Source: the human T2T-CHM13v2.0 reference genome, Homo sapiens. Taken from it: a stretch of 64,000 nucleotides of DNA. The notes below the pieces were generated by a model that saw nothing but the letters and a program-made list of their open reading frames with translations, searched no databases and was not told the origin of the DNA. This document shows positions 18,620 to 35,929 of this stretch, one piece after another. How positions within the stretch are numbered: position 1 is the stretch's first letter; every line of letters starts with the position of its first letter. A program made the translations under genes and the position numbers. The stretch lies in NCBI RefSeq assembly GCF_009914755.1, contig NC_060937.1; one strand, given 5' to 3'.

Positions 18620-20555
18620 TGATTGTGGCAGCGGGTGGTCCGGAGAGGCCACTGCCACCCCACCGGCTGCAGTGGGGAGGTGCGAGGGGTGGCAGCAGGA
18701 ACGGCTGTGGGAGCAGCAGTGGCGGTGGTGGGTCCCCTGTGCCCCACGTCCCGGAAGCAACCTCCTGTGCTGCCCCCAAACTCATGCAGCCAGGTGGGAC
18801 CCGCCCCTAGGCCCGGAGCTTCCATCACTCGGGACTCTGGCCCCACACTGCTGCTCTCACCCACGCACTGCTGCTGTGGGGAGGGCGTGGGGAGGAGGCG
18901 GAGCTGGGCCCGGGGCTGTGCCACGCTTCACGCTTCACGGAACCAGCGGGAGCCAAGGACAAGCAGGAGCCGCCCCGCAGCCCCTTGGGGGCCGCCGCTA
19001 TGAGGCCAGGCCAAGTCGCCCAGCCCAGAGGGGGAGTGATGGAGCCACGCGATTGGGCACAGAGGAGTGGGCAGAGAGGCACCCAGCAAGGACCTGGAGC
19101 CCCCGCCCCAGGCTGTGAGGAGGCATGGCCCGGGCTGCCTGCACATTCCACAGAGCAGGCAGGAGCCCCACCTTCCCAGGTGCAGGACCCAGGCCGTCTG
19201 TGGGATCTGTACCCTTGAGGTCAGGAAGGCCCCCCTGTCCCCACAGGCTCGGGGAAGCCTGCTCCTGCCTGGCCTCTCCCTGTTCCCTGCACTGCTTTGA
19301 TCTTGGAGCTGGGTTGGGGCCAAGCTCAGGGCAGTGCTGACACGCCAGCCCCCTGCTGCCTAGACCCCCTCCGGACTTTGGGCACTGAGGAGTACAGGGG
19401 AAGCCGAGGGGTGGCTGAGAGCAGCTTGGTGCTGGCCTACAGGTGCCCCTTGACTCGAGCATTCTGGGCTCCATGGACAGCTGCAGGAGGCAGACAGGCT
19501 GTTAAGAGGGTAGAAGGGGGCAGGTCCCTGGTTAGGCCAGGGAAGGCCTGAAGGCTTGGGGCTGACTGCCCATCCAGTTGATAGGAGTGGGAGGTGGTGG
19601 CTTTTCTGGCCACCCGCCATGGCCTCTCATAGACCAATCAGCGGGCACTTCTGAGGCCATAAAAGCCCAGGACTCAGCCAGAGCTGAACAGATGACGGGA
19701 TGACCAGCTGCAGAGAGGAGCTACCCTCTCTGCTGGTAGCTGGACCATGGGAGGAACAGCTGCAGAGAGGAGCCACTCTCCCTGCCAAGAGTGAACACTT
19801 GTTGGGACGACTTGCCTGCAGAGAGGAGCTACCAGCTCTCAGTTAGGAGCTGAACACTTGACGGGACATCCTGGCTGAGGAAAGGAGCTGCCCCTTGTGG
19901 GAGACTGAGCTGTTCTATCGCTCAATAAAGCTCTTCATCATCTTGCTCACCCTTCACTTGCATGCGTACCTCATTCTTCCTGGTCACAAGACAAGAACTT
20001 GGGACCCACTAAATGGCAAGGCTAAGAGAACTGTAATACAAACAGGGCTGAAACATGCCCCTTGCTCCCCACGTTACAGGCAGAGAGAAGGAGAGCTGTG
20101 GCCCTTTGGGGAGTCTAGACCTGGGAGCTCCCTGAGCCAGGGCTGTGACTCCTTCTTTGAGGCCCTGTGGTTCCTGGCATCTCCAAGCTTCCAGGCACCA
20201 CTGCTTTCCCTGGTGCCAGCCAGGGAAGCTCCTTGTGGTGCGCCCTGTCCAGCTGCAGCCTCACTGAGAGCCGGCGCCTATGCTGGCATCTGGAGCTGCC
20301 CGCCCCATGGCAGCAGCTGCATGTCTGACTGCGCAGTGGCCAGACCCCGTGCTCACACACACAACTCTTGCTGCTCCATGCTTGACTCACTGTCTCCCTT
20401 GGAGGTGTGGGATCCAGGCCAGTAGCATGAGCTGAGTACAGCCTGCTAGGCCAAGTGGGCAGAACGAGCCCAGTGGGCTGAGCAAAACTTGGGCAAGGCC
20501 TCCACCAGCCACAGGTTTCCAGCCAGGAGAAGGACACCTCAAAGATCCCATAACA
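18620..20555 (+). mobile_element. Large GC-rich ERV1 solo LTR, MER52 family (about 1.94 kb)
   Basis: TG...CA termini; imperfect 4-bp TSD ttat/ttac; CCAAT about 19634, cataaaag about 19658, AATAAA 19924; three ctgcagagaggagc repeats; family from recalled consensus. Confidence 0.78.
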
Positions 20556-21408
20556 TTACCAAACTTGAAAGAGATTTCCCTAATCAAAATTATTAATTTA
20601 TTGATAATTAGCAGAAAGATAATAGCTGAATCCAAGGAAAAGAAGAAGGTGGGTAGGCTATAAAGGCAAGAGAACCCTTATATAATAAAGGCAACAGAAC
20701 TTACAAAGATGCCTGATAAATGTCAGGTGCATTGCTAATTCCCTTGTTTCGACAAGGGAAGATTTGGGGCTTGAAAAAATACCTGGAGTTGCTGGTGTTT
20801 TAGTGAATATTCAATTTATTAAAATTATGAGTTTATAAATTTAGATTTCTTAAGACTTTAATCTCAAAATGCTAATTTTATTATAAATTCAGAAACTTAT
20901 TTCAATTAAAAAGTCTCTTTTTCTTAACACCTCAGGGGATTCTTAAGTGCCCTGGAGTGTGAGAATCATTGTTCTGTAATGTATAATAATTTTCAGCCTT
21001 TTTTTTTTAAATACGTAAGGTTTCTAAATTCCAATTAATGAATCTCTATTGACTTGTTTTCTCAGTGAGGCTGTCAAAGGGAAGCTTGATAGCTTTGGCA
21101 TGAAATTCCATAGCATGTGTGGTTCTCATTGACATATGCTAAACCTGTTTCCTCCAGCCAGCAGTGGTTTCAGGGGAGTGTGTCTGACTTTTTCCTGAGG
21201 GTGACCCTGATAAAGAAAGAGAGAAAAAGAAAAGAATAATAAAGCAGGCATTGAAAGCAGAGAAACGTAGTGGTCCCCACTGTAGAATTTGATTCATTTC
21301 TTGCCCCTTTCTTCCTTTATCCAGGCAAACTTATTGAACAGGCATTCGTATAACTGGGCCACTGCCTGCAGAACATCGCCAGGATTTGCTCTGATTCACG
21401 TTTGCATC

Positions 21409-21775
21409 TATTAAAACATAACCTTTGGCACATTAAAAACTAAGAGTTTATTTGAGCAGACTGTGACCATGAAACAGGCAGGGAATGGCTAGGGGCTCAC
21501 ACAGAAATAGAGGCTCCTGGAAGAGGTTGAAGGAAAAACTTTTATAAGGTGAATGTGAAAGCAAAGAAATTATTTGTCTGGTTAAAGTTTGAGCAATTGC
21601 CTTATTTGGACTATTTCAGTGAAAGATTCAAGACAATATAAATAATGCCCAATTGGCCATTTGTGATTTGCTGAGATAAAGTTTAAAATTCCGTTAGGTT
21701 TCAGTTTGCTTATGTAGGAATCCAGGGTGTCAGAGCCACTTCAGTCTAATGGCCTCCCATTTAGTTATTTTAACA
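21409..21775 (-). mobile_element. MER93-like ERV1 solo LTR
   Basis: Inverted termini t(a)ttaaaa...ttttaaca; 4-bp TSD catc (21405-21408, 21776-21779); minus strand starts tgttaaaataactaaatgggaggccattag. Confidence 0.75.
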
Positions 21776-21979
21776 CATCTCTAATGCCTACTCCAATCTT
21801 GGTGCTCAATATTCATTCATTAATAACTATTTCCTGAGAGCCTCTAATATACTAGGTATGCTTCTAACTGCTGGGAACATTAGCAGTGTCCAAAGGGATA
21901 AACATGTAGGCCCTCAGAGAGATACTTCCTAGAGGGAGAAATGAATAAATGAGAACACATAGTACATTATGTGTCTGTG

Positions 21980-22485
21980 TCCTTCAGGAAAAGGCCGCCA
22001 GCCACACACCTGTGGTTGAATAACTAGGGTTTGTTATTTTTTGCAGAGAGGGACAACAGTCACCATAGGGACTCATAGGGGGCTCAGAAAAAGAATGTAA
22101 TCTATTATAGGATTTGGGCTTTAGCTGGCAACTTGGGGCAGGTTCTCAAAAAGTAGAGCTTTGCTCTGGATTTAAAGTTGTCAGGAAGTAGGGGAAATTC
22201 TGATTTGGTATCTTAATAAATCTTATGTGTAGAGAGGACAGACTAGATTGAGGCTAAAGTTGTACTTGGTAAAGAAGCAGCAGTCATTAATTTTAGCCAA
22301 AAGAAAAGAGGTGTTTGGTAATTTGTGGGTTGCACAGTGGCCTTGTTTTTATCTCACTTTATCAAAATCTGAGAGTGTCCTTGTCTGTTGTTGATGGTCT
22401 ATGAAATTGTTTATGTACAGCAGGAGAATGGGGCCAAGCTGTGAGCATCAGGCCAATTGCCTGATGGCAGGGGCTTTCTCTTTAT
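21980..22485 (-). mobile_element. Degraded LTR, family unresolved
   Basis: LTR-like motifs (minus strand 'acaaggccactgtg', 'ccaaatcctataatag'); resemblance only. Confidence 0.45.
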
Positions 22486-22913
22486 CAGATGATAATAAGT
22501 GCCATGAAGAAGAAAAAGAAAGCAGGGAAAGGCATATAGGGAGTGCTGGATGGAGAGAGGCAGGAATGATGTCGACTTAAAAACAGTTAGTGAAGGCTAA
22601 TTAACCTGTAAGCAAAAAAAATCTGAAGGAGGTGAGAGAGGGGCCAACAAGTGAAACGATGGGGAGAGCAGCAGGAGAGATGGGAGAAACCACATTCAGA
22701 AACAGTGAGGAGACCAGTGGGTTCAACAGTGAGTTAACAAAGGTGAAATAAATACTTCTAAGGACTTCACGAACAGCTGCCGATGCCCAGATGTCTGGTT
22801 GCCCAAGGTGTTATCTGAGACTGAAGAAACGTAGACTTTCCCCCTTCATTCCCTGAAACTCCCACTCCCTTACCCTTTGGCTGCATAAAAACTCCCTGTT
22901 TCTGCTTCTTCCT

Positions 22914-23223
<310 letters not shown>

Positions 23224-25109
23224 TGAAAAATCTTGCTCTCCTGCCTTCTTGCTTTGGCCAAATCAAATCTTCCTCTATCTCTGAGCACCTGTGTGTCAGT
23301 ATTTGGCGTCAACTGCACGTCGGGTACACGAGCCTGAATTTGGGGTTTTATGACACTCTGATGATGTCCTATCTCATTAAAAGTCCTATCATCCCCTAAT
23401 TATCCCACACCCCCACTGCCTTTCTGAGCTCATTTCCTCTGTGTCCCTCATTCACTCCACACTGGCCTCTTTTCCTGTTCCTAAAAACAGGGCCTTTGCA
23501 TCTGTAATTTTTAAAATTCCAGTCGTAAATAGTTCACTATATATATCTAAGAGATAATTTTAAGAAGCAATCATATTATATCATACCTTAAAAGTGAACT
23601 ATAGTTCTGTCGTATCATATAATATCCAGTCAGTTTGCATTTCCCTATTTTTCACGATTTAAAAAAACTGTTCAAATCAGCATCAAAACAAGGTCCACAG
23701 ATAGCATTAGCTTAATATGATACTTTTAATCTATAAGTATCTTAGGACACTTTAAATCTATAACAATAAAACTTTTAATTGTTTTCATCTATAATAATTT
23801 TCTCTTCTAGCACATTTCTTATGTTCTTTTGTGCAGTAGAACTTTCCACATTCTAGATTAGTGGTGTCTAACATGTTTACCTGCCTTTTTATTTCCTCTA
23901 AACTGCTTGTTGGACCTAGACACTAGATAAGATTCTGGACTGATTTTTGTTTTTTGCAGAAATATTTCATAGGTGGAACTGGATTTTGCCTATTGCATTA
24001 TATTAGGAAGGTTATAATGTTGGGCTCTTTTCTTTTTTTGTGCCATTACGATTGTTCAGTAGGTTGAGGTATTTAATTAATTCAGTTTAGCCACTAGAGG
24101 TCAGGGCTTGATTTAAAAATAAATACTGTACTAAACTTGATGAAAGATCTAGACAACTTTTGATCTGTAAAGGAGTAGAAAATTCTTTATTATTAATGAG
24201 ATGTCATTACTAGGAATTTCTGCCTAAAACTTTTTTGGTTCTTAAATATACAAATGTTCATTGCTTTAAAGGTCAAATACAGTTTTTCCAAAATAGTTTT
24301 TCCATCGTTAGCCATTATCAATACTCTAAATTTCTGTTTCCTAGATTTAAATACTACTGTATCCCAGGCATTTAAGTCAGTTTATAAGCTGCTTTAACTA
24401 TATACAATACCCTAGTTAAAATGGTAAAATAGGAAAGCTAGGACAGTGAGAAAAATACTGGTTAAACCAAACATGGAAAAAAGGACTGAGCAGCCAAGGA
24501 GAGGAGGAAGTCAGGTGAATTCACAAAACTGTAGTTGCAGCAGGAGGCAAGCAATGCTTCTTATCTGGGACTGTCTTCAGGCCCATCTCCCACAGCTGTA
24601 TCCAGAGCTTTGTGTGAAACATACCTCGGTCTTGGCTGATCAGCGCTGTGAGTCCAAAGGTGTTCTTCAATTTAACCATATTGAGAAGTTTGAGTAGGGA
24701 TGATAGTCAAGGTAGATGTGTGTTTTTCTTGTTTTGCAGAAGTGGGACAAATTTAACTTAGTGATGTAACTCTTATGGTAAATTACTGGCCAAAAACCTA
24801 ATGCTAAAACTATAGATGAGTACAATTATAGTGACAATACACACATTTTTAGAATCTTATCTTTTCTTCAGTTATAATCTTAGAAGTGTAGAAAAACCTG
24901 AACTAAACTCAGATAATCGGTGGTTTAGATTCTGACCCTGTCTTACTGAGGCATCTTGTAACATGACCACTTTGAGCTTCTGTTTAGATGCATGTAAAAT
25001 GGGACCAACAAAACCTAGAGCTTCCAGGGAGGTTGCAAGGATTGGGTTTTCTCCTTATCTCATCGGCTGCTTCTATTTAGTCTCCCTTGCTGGGTCCTGT
25101 GCATAGTCC

Positions 25110-25895
25110 CAACCTCATTTTGCTTTTATTGCTGAATAATATTCCATTGTACAGATATATCGTATTTTATATACTCATCAGTGGACAGACTTTGGTTTGT
25201 TTTCATTTTTTTGGTTATTTTAATTAATGCTTTTATGAACATTTATGTACAAGTTTTTGTGTGCACAGGTTTTCACTTGTCTTGGGTATATACCTGGGAG
25301 TGAGATTGCTAGATCACATGATAACCCTATGTTTAGCCTTTGGAAGAAATGGCAGGCCGTTTTCCAAAGAGGCTGCACCATTTTATATTCCCACTAGCAA
25401 TGAATGAAGTGGTTTCAATTCCTTCATATCCTGCCAATATTTGTTGTTATGTATCTTTTTGTATTATAGCCATCCTAGTAGTTGTGAAGTGCTATCTCAT
25501 TGTGGTTTTGGTTCACATTTCCTTGACAGCTAATGATGTTGAGCACCTTTTCATGTGCTTATTGGCCACTTGTATGTCTTTGCAGAATTATCTATTCAGA
25601 TCTATTGCCCATTTTAAAACTGGATAATTTGTCTTTCTAGTGTTGAGTTGTAAGAGTTTTCTCTTCTGGATACCATCCCTTATCAGATATGTGATTTGTA
25701 AATATTTTCACTCATTTTGAGGGTTGCGTTTTTATTTTCTTAATAGTCATTTGAAACATAAAAATGTTTAATTTTGATGATGTTGAGTTCATTTATTTTT
25801 TTCTTTTGTTACTTGTACTTTCAGTGTCATACCTAAGAAACTGTTGCCTAATACAAGGTCATGAAGATGTACATTTAATTTTTTTCTAAGAGTTT
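25110..25895 (-). mobile_element. Old LINE-1 (L1M) fragment
   Basis: 'gggtatatacctgggagtgagattgctagatcacatg', 'gatgttgagcaccttttcatgtgcttattggcc'. Confidence 0.85.
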
Positions 25896-26604
25896 TAAAG
25901 CTGGCACCTCCAGCTTTTGTCTTGGAAAGTACTGATAAGATCTTCAGATTTAGGTGAACTATCACATGACTCCCACAACCTCTTGGTGTGCAGATAAATG
26001 TTTAACAACCAATTTTCTGAAAAAAAGTGTATGTGTGTCTGGGTGTACATAAGTTATTACAGATTTTACTGCTTAAAAGGAAGTGTAGCATGCAATTTAC
26101 AAATAATAATAAAATGTACTCTGAATTGCAAGTATCATATGTCACTTATCGCAAATGCTTTCATTGATTTTTGCTAAATTCTTGTATCCATAGCCAACCT
26201 ATAGTTGCCATTCAACCATGACTTGACAAATTGAGTTACATCCCAATCCAATTAGTCTTTCTCCCAACAAACTTATTGTCACTAAATTCAATATATGATC
26301 TACTGTTAAATGATTTCTCACCCTATATAAATTATATTTATTAAATTGAAATATTTTTCAATTTCTGATTTATAGTGTTTGCCAATTTCCATGGTATAAA
26401 TACTCTCATCGTGATTGATTTCAAGCTATTAGCATGACATTGCTGAACACAGAACTGGGAAGAAATGCACAGTGGCACCCCAGTATATAGTATTTGCACC
26501 ATAAAGATACAATAGAAATAAATAACCTCAAAAGCAAAGATAATAGAAAATGTAATAAAGTAATATAGCAATAAAGTAAGAAAAATGTAAGAAATTATGT
26601 AACA

Positions 26605-27257
<653 letters not shown>

Positions 27258-27329
27258 AGTGATGAGTTTTAAATATTTGTTGCCTTTATTTTAACATAAT
27301 TTAATGAATTATAAGTTTGTATAATTTAA

Positions 27330-27685
<356 letters not shown>

Positions 27686-28407
27686 GAAAATTTATTAATA
27701 GCAGCAAGCTCTCAAAAGCCTATAAAAGCCAATTCCAGCACACCACTAATTCGCCTCCTCCTCCTGCCCTAAATATACCATGCCCATCTTGATAACAAAT
27801 GATGTAGAAAAGATTTTTGCATTTGATGTTACCTGTTTTGGTGTTGTATCATCTGTGTTTTGGGGCCTTTGTGTGGATACCTCTGCTTCTGGGTCTATCT
27901 CAGCCTCTAAGAATCTTAAAGAGGGTAGAGAAAATATAAGCCTTACCAGTAATTTCTGTTTCCACCTTCAGTATTTATTGGCTATCCATAGGCTATGGCA
28001 GTGTTCTCATACTTTATCACTACTACAAAGCATCAGAGATTTCACTAAAATGCAGATTCTTAGAGCTCATATTTCAAAACTCTCATTGTATAGACATAGA
28101 TTGGGGGAAGAAATTTGTAAGAAGCCCAGAAATTTATAAGATGCCGACACAGGTGGTTTTTATGCTTTGAGAAAGCAGCATCAGATTAAGAGATTCTAAT
28201 GTTCAATAAGTAGAAAAAAATCAATTACAGAGTTTATAAATTAATTGGATAACTAATTCCATTCAATCCATGAATTTATTCACTTATTGAATATGATAAA
28301 AACCATATTACATTTTAAAAAGTATGGCTCTTGGAGTCATGGAGTCACATTCAATTTAATTCAAATCCCTGCTTGTAAATATCAAATGATATTTATGTTT
28401 TTATCTT

Positions 28408-28455
28408 CTATCTGTCTATCTATCTACCTATCCGTCCATCTATCCATCTATCTGT
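28408..28455. repeat. Compound (TCTA/TCCA)n microsatellite
   Basis: Direct reading. Confidence 0.85.
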
Positions 28456-28763
28456 GTTGAATGAATAAAATTAAAATAAAACATGGCCCATGTTTTCAAG
28501 AAGCTTCCAGTCTAGTGAGGAAGTAGAAAACAAATTAATGGTCCCAGTTCAGTATGATTATATTGTGTGTAGAAGCTATGTCAGCAGTGTAGAGAGAATC
28601 TAAATCAGACAGAGAGGTAGGGAGGGTAAGGGAGAACTCAGAGAGGCGATACTTAACTTTGATTCTTAAGGCCATATGGTGTTAACTGTAGGAAAAATGA
28701 TTGAAGGTTATTTTAATGAGAAGAAATTAAATATATGCGAGTGGGAGGCTTGAAGATGCAGTG

Positions 28764-29087
28764 TAGTTGGCCCTCCGTATCTGTGGGTTCCACATGTGCG
28801 AATTCAATCAACCATGGATTGAAAATATTTGGAAAAAAACTCACCCCAAATAACAATAAAACAATAAAAATAATACAAATAAAATAATATGTACAGTATA
28901 ACAACTATTTACAAGGCATTTACATTGTATTAGGTATTATCAGTACTCTAGTGATGGATTAAAGCATTTGAGAGGATGTACAAGGGTTATATGCGAATAC
29001 TATGCTATTTTATACAAGGGACTTGAGCATCCATGGATTTTGGTATCCTTGGGGTTCCTGGAACCAATGGACACCAAGGGACGACCA
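28764..29087 (-). mobile_element. MER2, opposite orientation to the copy at 26605
   Basis: 'ttatacaagggacttgagcatccatggattttggtatcc' is the reverse complement of the MER2 core. Confidence 0.8.
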
Positions 29088-29154
29088 AACTCTAAAAAGC
29101 TTAGCAGACATGCCTGAGGGGTAAGGCAGTTCTGCTAAATATTCAGACAAATAA

Positions 29155-29535
<381 letters not shown>

Positions 29536-32080
29536 TAACTAAATTCGCCATTCAAGTGTTTCTGGCAGGTGAACTAGGTCCCTCTTCTTCCACAACCAAA
29601 AAAGGTATGATAGAAATGATCTATCTTACTTTCAAATTAATTTTTAAATTTAAAATTTGAATATCCTTAGTAGGTAGCAAGTTCTTTGAGGTCACTGATA
29701 TATTTTATTTCTTTTCATATTATCAGTCCAGCTCAGTGACATGCCTTGTTCAAATGCTCAAAAAGGAAAATGTTAGTGATTCTGAATAGAGAGATTTAGA
29801 GATTTCTTAAGTATGCAAGTACATGGTTCACAAGAAGAGTGCTTCAAGAAGAAAATTATCTGAACTTTTAAAATTATGATCTGAGTTATGATACACCAGA
29901 GTTAATAAAGAAATATGGAATAAGAACTGACAGAAACTGGAAATGCTGACCTCCTCATAGTAGGAAACGAAAAGACAATAAATTGAGACTTTGGGATAAA
30001 GTAGATTCATTTTAGCTTATGGTAAACAATATTTCCTTTACATTTTTTGAAGTAGGGAGTAAATACCATGCTACATGAGCAGATGTCTAGGTCCCTACAG
30101 CAACAATCTATGAACATTTACAATGGGGTAGGAAAAAAATGCAGAACTTCCAACCATATGACTTGGATTTGAATTTCATCTTCAGTATTTGCCAGCTGTT
30201 TGGCCTTGCTTATTTTCAGTCTGTCTTTTGTCACTTGTGAAAGAGAAATTGTCATCGTCATTGTCGTCATCATCACCATCAGTTTCCTCACAGGGTGATT
30301 AGAAAGAGCAAATAAGATAATGTATGGGATGGTACTTTGTAAATAGTGAAATTCTCAGGAAATATGTTGTTGTTGTTGGTTGTTGGTTCTGTAAGGAATC
30401 CATCGTTCTGAGATCTTCTCTTCTCTGACTTAAATTCACATTCTATTCCCACAGGTGAGTTTCAGCCAGGGCAAGATCTAAGATGGTTCTCCCAGATCAG
30501 GACCTGGGAAACAGGTGTGACTGACTAATCCTAGGCAGTAATTCAGGAGGCCAGGATAGGACCAAAGCTACCCAAGTGTATCTAACTCTTGGGAAAATAA
30601 TGAAATGAGCCTGAGGCAGGAGGTGTGGAGACAGTACAGGAGTTGTAAAGGCTGGGAAGAAAATAACATTTCTGGAGCTGATTTCTACTGCTATAAAGGA
30701 CCAGGGAGGGCACAAAGCTGCCCCAAGTTTCCTTTAAATATCATGGTTTCTGGAGCTGGAGTGATACAGGTTGCTAGATGTCCTAACTTAGGAAAGCAGC
30801 TCTGCTCCCAATATCTTCTTTGCTATATCTTGATAATGGGCAGATGGCCCAATAGTAAGTAATTTTTTGGTTGAAAAAACAATTTTGTTTTAAAATAAAA
30901 ACAGCTGCTGGAATATTTAAGGTTGGGAGATACCAAATCAATGACACTTCAGTGTGTGCTCATTTGATAAGGTTTTTTTTTTTTCCCATTCTGCCATATT
31001 CTTAGTTACCAGAAAGCAAAAGTCGATAGATATTTTATCTTTCAGGTAACTTTTTCACAGAAAAACTCAAAATTTTAGAGATAGTTCATATTGTTAGTGG
31101 CTATATGAAATTTACAAAACAATGGAGTTTTAAATTTTAATATTTGCATAATTAGTTTAAAGTAGTATTAAATATCATGTCTATTAATTTTATTTTTTAT
31201 AATTTATTCACCTGACAACTACTTAGACGCACTATTTTGAACCAGCAATTATGTTGTAGCCCAAGGATGAAAAGTGGGGCTTCTGTCTTGATGGATCAAC
31301 TATGATATAATTCCACATTTGATAGAATGGGTCTCTCTATAAAGGGTAATGTGAACAAAAGAGAAGACATTTACCTTGGAAAGTATGAGAAGGTCGTCTC
31401 TCTGAGCACATGAAAATCAGAAACGTGCCTTAGGAAAGATGGGGACTCATGGGTCTTTCATGGGTCATGCATTAAAAATATATACAAAGTCTGTTAAGAA
31501 GAAGGTTAGGGGAGATTAGCTGCTAGATAACAAGATTATCTTAAAATTGAAAGAGATTTGAGCATGTTTGTATTCTGCCAGGAGCAAAAGAGATTCCATA
31601 TACCAGAAAAGAAAATCTTTGCTATCATTTAATAGGGTCCCTGAGTATGTTAGAGGGAAGGGATTAAAAAGAGTAAACCAAAGTGGGAAGTAAAATAGCC
31701 TGCAAGGAGTCCTTGCAGTGACTGATGGATAAACACCCTGGCGTGTTTGTATTTGAAATGGGGAATATATTGAGCACCTGGAATTTAGTTAATCCTGTTT
31801 CCCAAAGCAGTAACGATCGCCTTATTAGCACAGAAACCAAGAAAGCCAAACAAAGACAGACTGCCAACACTGAGCCTGAATCGAGTCTTCTTTTGCATCA
31901 GAGACACAGAGCTAAAGTTGTCTGTATTGGAATTTAAGCAACATATCTTTCCCCTTTAATCGTCTCATACATAGAGACTGTTAATATGAATATGATACAC
32001 CTAAATTGGAAGTTATAAAATACTGTATGATGAATTTTGTAACAAGAGAGGAGTTAATGTGGCGAATAAAAAGAACTTCG

Positions 32081-32400
<320 letters not shown>

Positions 32401-32556
32401 GAACTTTGTAAGAGTAAAAAGTTGTTGGATGCCAGAATGTTTTATCAAAAGGGGTTGTAGGATTTTCTTGGTTTAAGAGCTTTAAACTTACAATATAGAT
32501 ACACTTAAGATAACATTTCATAACAACCTCTGGCTTTGCACATGTGATTAGTCTAA

Positions 32557-32853
<297 letters not shown>

Positions 32854-34066
32854 GCCTAATTTACTTTCTATGACCCAACTCAATCATTACTTTCTCTAAG
32901 AAGTCTTTCCTTATTCATCCATGAAGAAGATTTGACCATTTCTTCCTTTGTGTCTTCACTATCTCCTTTATGTCATACTATCACAGCACATACATTTTAG
33001 GACAATTCTTTATTTCTGTACCTGTTTCCCTTTACCGGATTACAGTTCTCTATGGGCAAGAACTATTTTTTATTAATCAGTTGCTTTTCAAGTTTCCAGT
33101 TCAGCACCTGCAAAAAGTAGACAATCAATATAAATAACCCCCCTACCTCTTTGATACTAGCTAAATTGGTCACCTTTCTTCTAGGAACTCACCATAAGCC
33201 TTCCTATTTTTTATGTTTATGTCATTTCTCTTATTTTGGAGCACACTTTTCTGTGTTTGTGTAAGTCTTGTGCATGTTTCCAGGTCCAGTGCAAGCTCCT
33301 CTTCCTTCATAGAGCCCCCAGGAGGTTAAAGGCTTGAGTGATCATTCTTTCGTTGGAAATTCTAAAGCATTTATTTACAGAGTCGGTATATTTTGAAAAA
33401 ACATGCATATCCCATGCCTACCCAACTAGTTTGTGAGCATCTCAAAGAGAGGGGCCATGTCTTATCCCTCTTTATTGCCTGATGTGTAGCACGGTGTTCT
33501 ATTCAGAGTACCTGGTCGTTAATAAATAATAGTTGGTGATAAAAGCGATGAGAAAATGGCAAATCTGACCACTTATGGAAACTTCTGTTCAGGAAACTAA
33601 TGTTAACTCAGATATGTAAAATCTGCACATGATGGAGAGACAGGATCAATATTTCTAATATTATAAAATAATGATATAATCCCCATCTCTTATCCAGAAC
33701 TCTGGGAGTCAAATTGTTTTGGAATTCAGAATTTTTCCTATTCACTACAAGACCTGGGGTAGCACTTCCTGTTAATATTTCACAGTAAGTGGATAAATAA
33801 AGACTGTAAATACCCTAATGTCAGTTCAAATCAGGCTTTAATTGATAGTGAATTTTGATAGTTTGACTTTCATAGAGTATGAAATAAAATTATTTGCCTG
33901 ATGATCAATCTACATGTCATATTGTTGGCCTTGTAAATTGGCCATAGTATGAGATTTAGCCTTTGCCGTTCAATTAGTTTCTATGGAGAGATGCTGTATT
34001 AATACAAATGTCGCAAGAAGACTGTAAATCATAATTTCAGTATTCTGCTAAAAATCATAGTTTTTA

Positions 34067-34742
<676 letters not shown>

Positions 34743-35432
34743 AGAGTTTTTAAGACTTCCTGTTCAATACGAACCACCTCTTCAGACAGAGTAGGCTTAA
34801 ATGACAATAAGCTTCTAAATGTAGAAAAACCTTTTTAGTCGATTGACTCTCTTAGAAGCACACTGTTGCTGTTCTTTTTAAAAAGTGTTTAAAGAGGATT
34901 TAGAAATTGACTGTGTTTCTATGTGACCAGAACTGTATGCAGTATTTTTTTTTTTTATTATAACCCTTTACTCTTCTTGGCTAGAGTTTAATTATATTTT
35001 TTCATCCAACAATCACAGATTTCGTTGAGTAATCTCTTTTGGCTTGTATTTAGGTCAGTTTATTTGTTCATAATAATGAAGTCACTGACATATGGAAACA
35101 TTTAGTGTGTTACTTAACTAATCAATTGGAACAATAAAACCTAGAAAGCATTTTTATCAAGTTAAAATTTCAAACCACACAGTTTTCTCCTTTTCACTTT
35201 TATCATAAAATTGCTCCCAGGAATTGTGCTGTGAAAATCAGTTTTTTTTTAATATGATTTTTCTTTTTAACTTAAAAAAATAAACTTTGATGGAGTGAAC
35301 CCCAAAAAGGATAGTGACCTAGCTGGACTTTTAAAAAACAGCTTAAAAGAAGATCAACTGAGAGAATTGAGAAGAGAAATTGGAGGTGGTAGGTGAGAAG
35401 GAGAAAGAGGAGGGAGTACTGAGTGGTAAGGT

Positions 35433-35787
35433 GGCTTAGTCTGTTCCTGCTGTTATAACGAAATAGCTTAGACTGGGTACTTTTAAACAACAGGAATTTG
35501 TTGCCTATAGTTCTGGAGGCTGGGTAGTCCAAGATCAAGGTGGTAGCAGATTCAGTGTCTGATGAGGGCTCATTCTTTGTAGATGGCAACTTCTATGTGT
35601 CCTCACAGGGAAAAAGGGGCAAATGGGCTCTCCTAGCCCTCTTCTATAAGGGCAATAATCTCATTCATGAGTATGAAGCTTCATGACTTAATTACCTCCT
35701 AAAGGTCTCACTTCTTAATACTCTCACATTGGGTATCAGGTTCCAACATATGAACTTTGGAAAGACACTGATATTAAGACCATAGCA
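35433..35787 (-). mobile_element. MLT1A-type MaLR solo LTR
   Basis: 'cttagtctgttcctgctgttataacgaaatagcttagactggg...agaccatagca'. Confidence 0.78.
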
Positions 35788-35929
35788 TAAAGTGAGAAGG
35801 TGGAGGAGCCTGGATTGAATACAGTAGACAGTGGATTTGTGAGCATATTTTAACACATTATCACGAGCCACACAACGAAGAGCAGCTGAGAGCTGTCTTA
35901 AATCAGATCTGAAAAAGGCCATGACTGTG

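Noticed and set aside
19706-19835. Three spaced ctgcagagaggagc direct repeats resembling a CRISPR-like array
   Set aside because: Internal tandem repeats of the LTR; the spacers are related to one another; eukaryotic context and no cas genes
18546-20635. Dense cluster of 60-176 aa ORFs on both strands
   Set aside because: All lie in or overlap the GC-rich solo LTR; no gag/pol/env or other motifs
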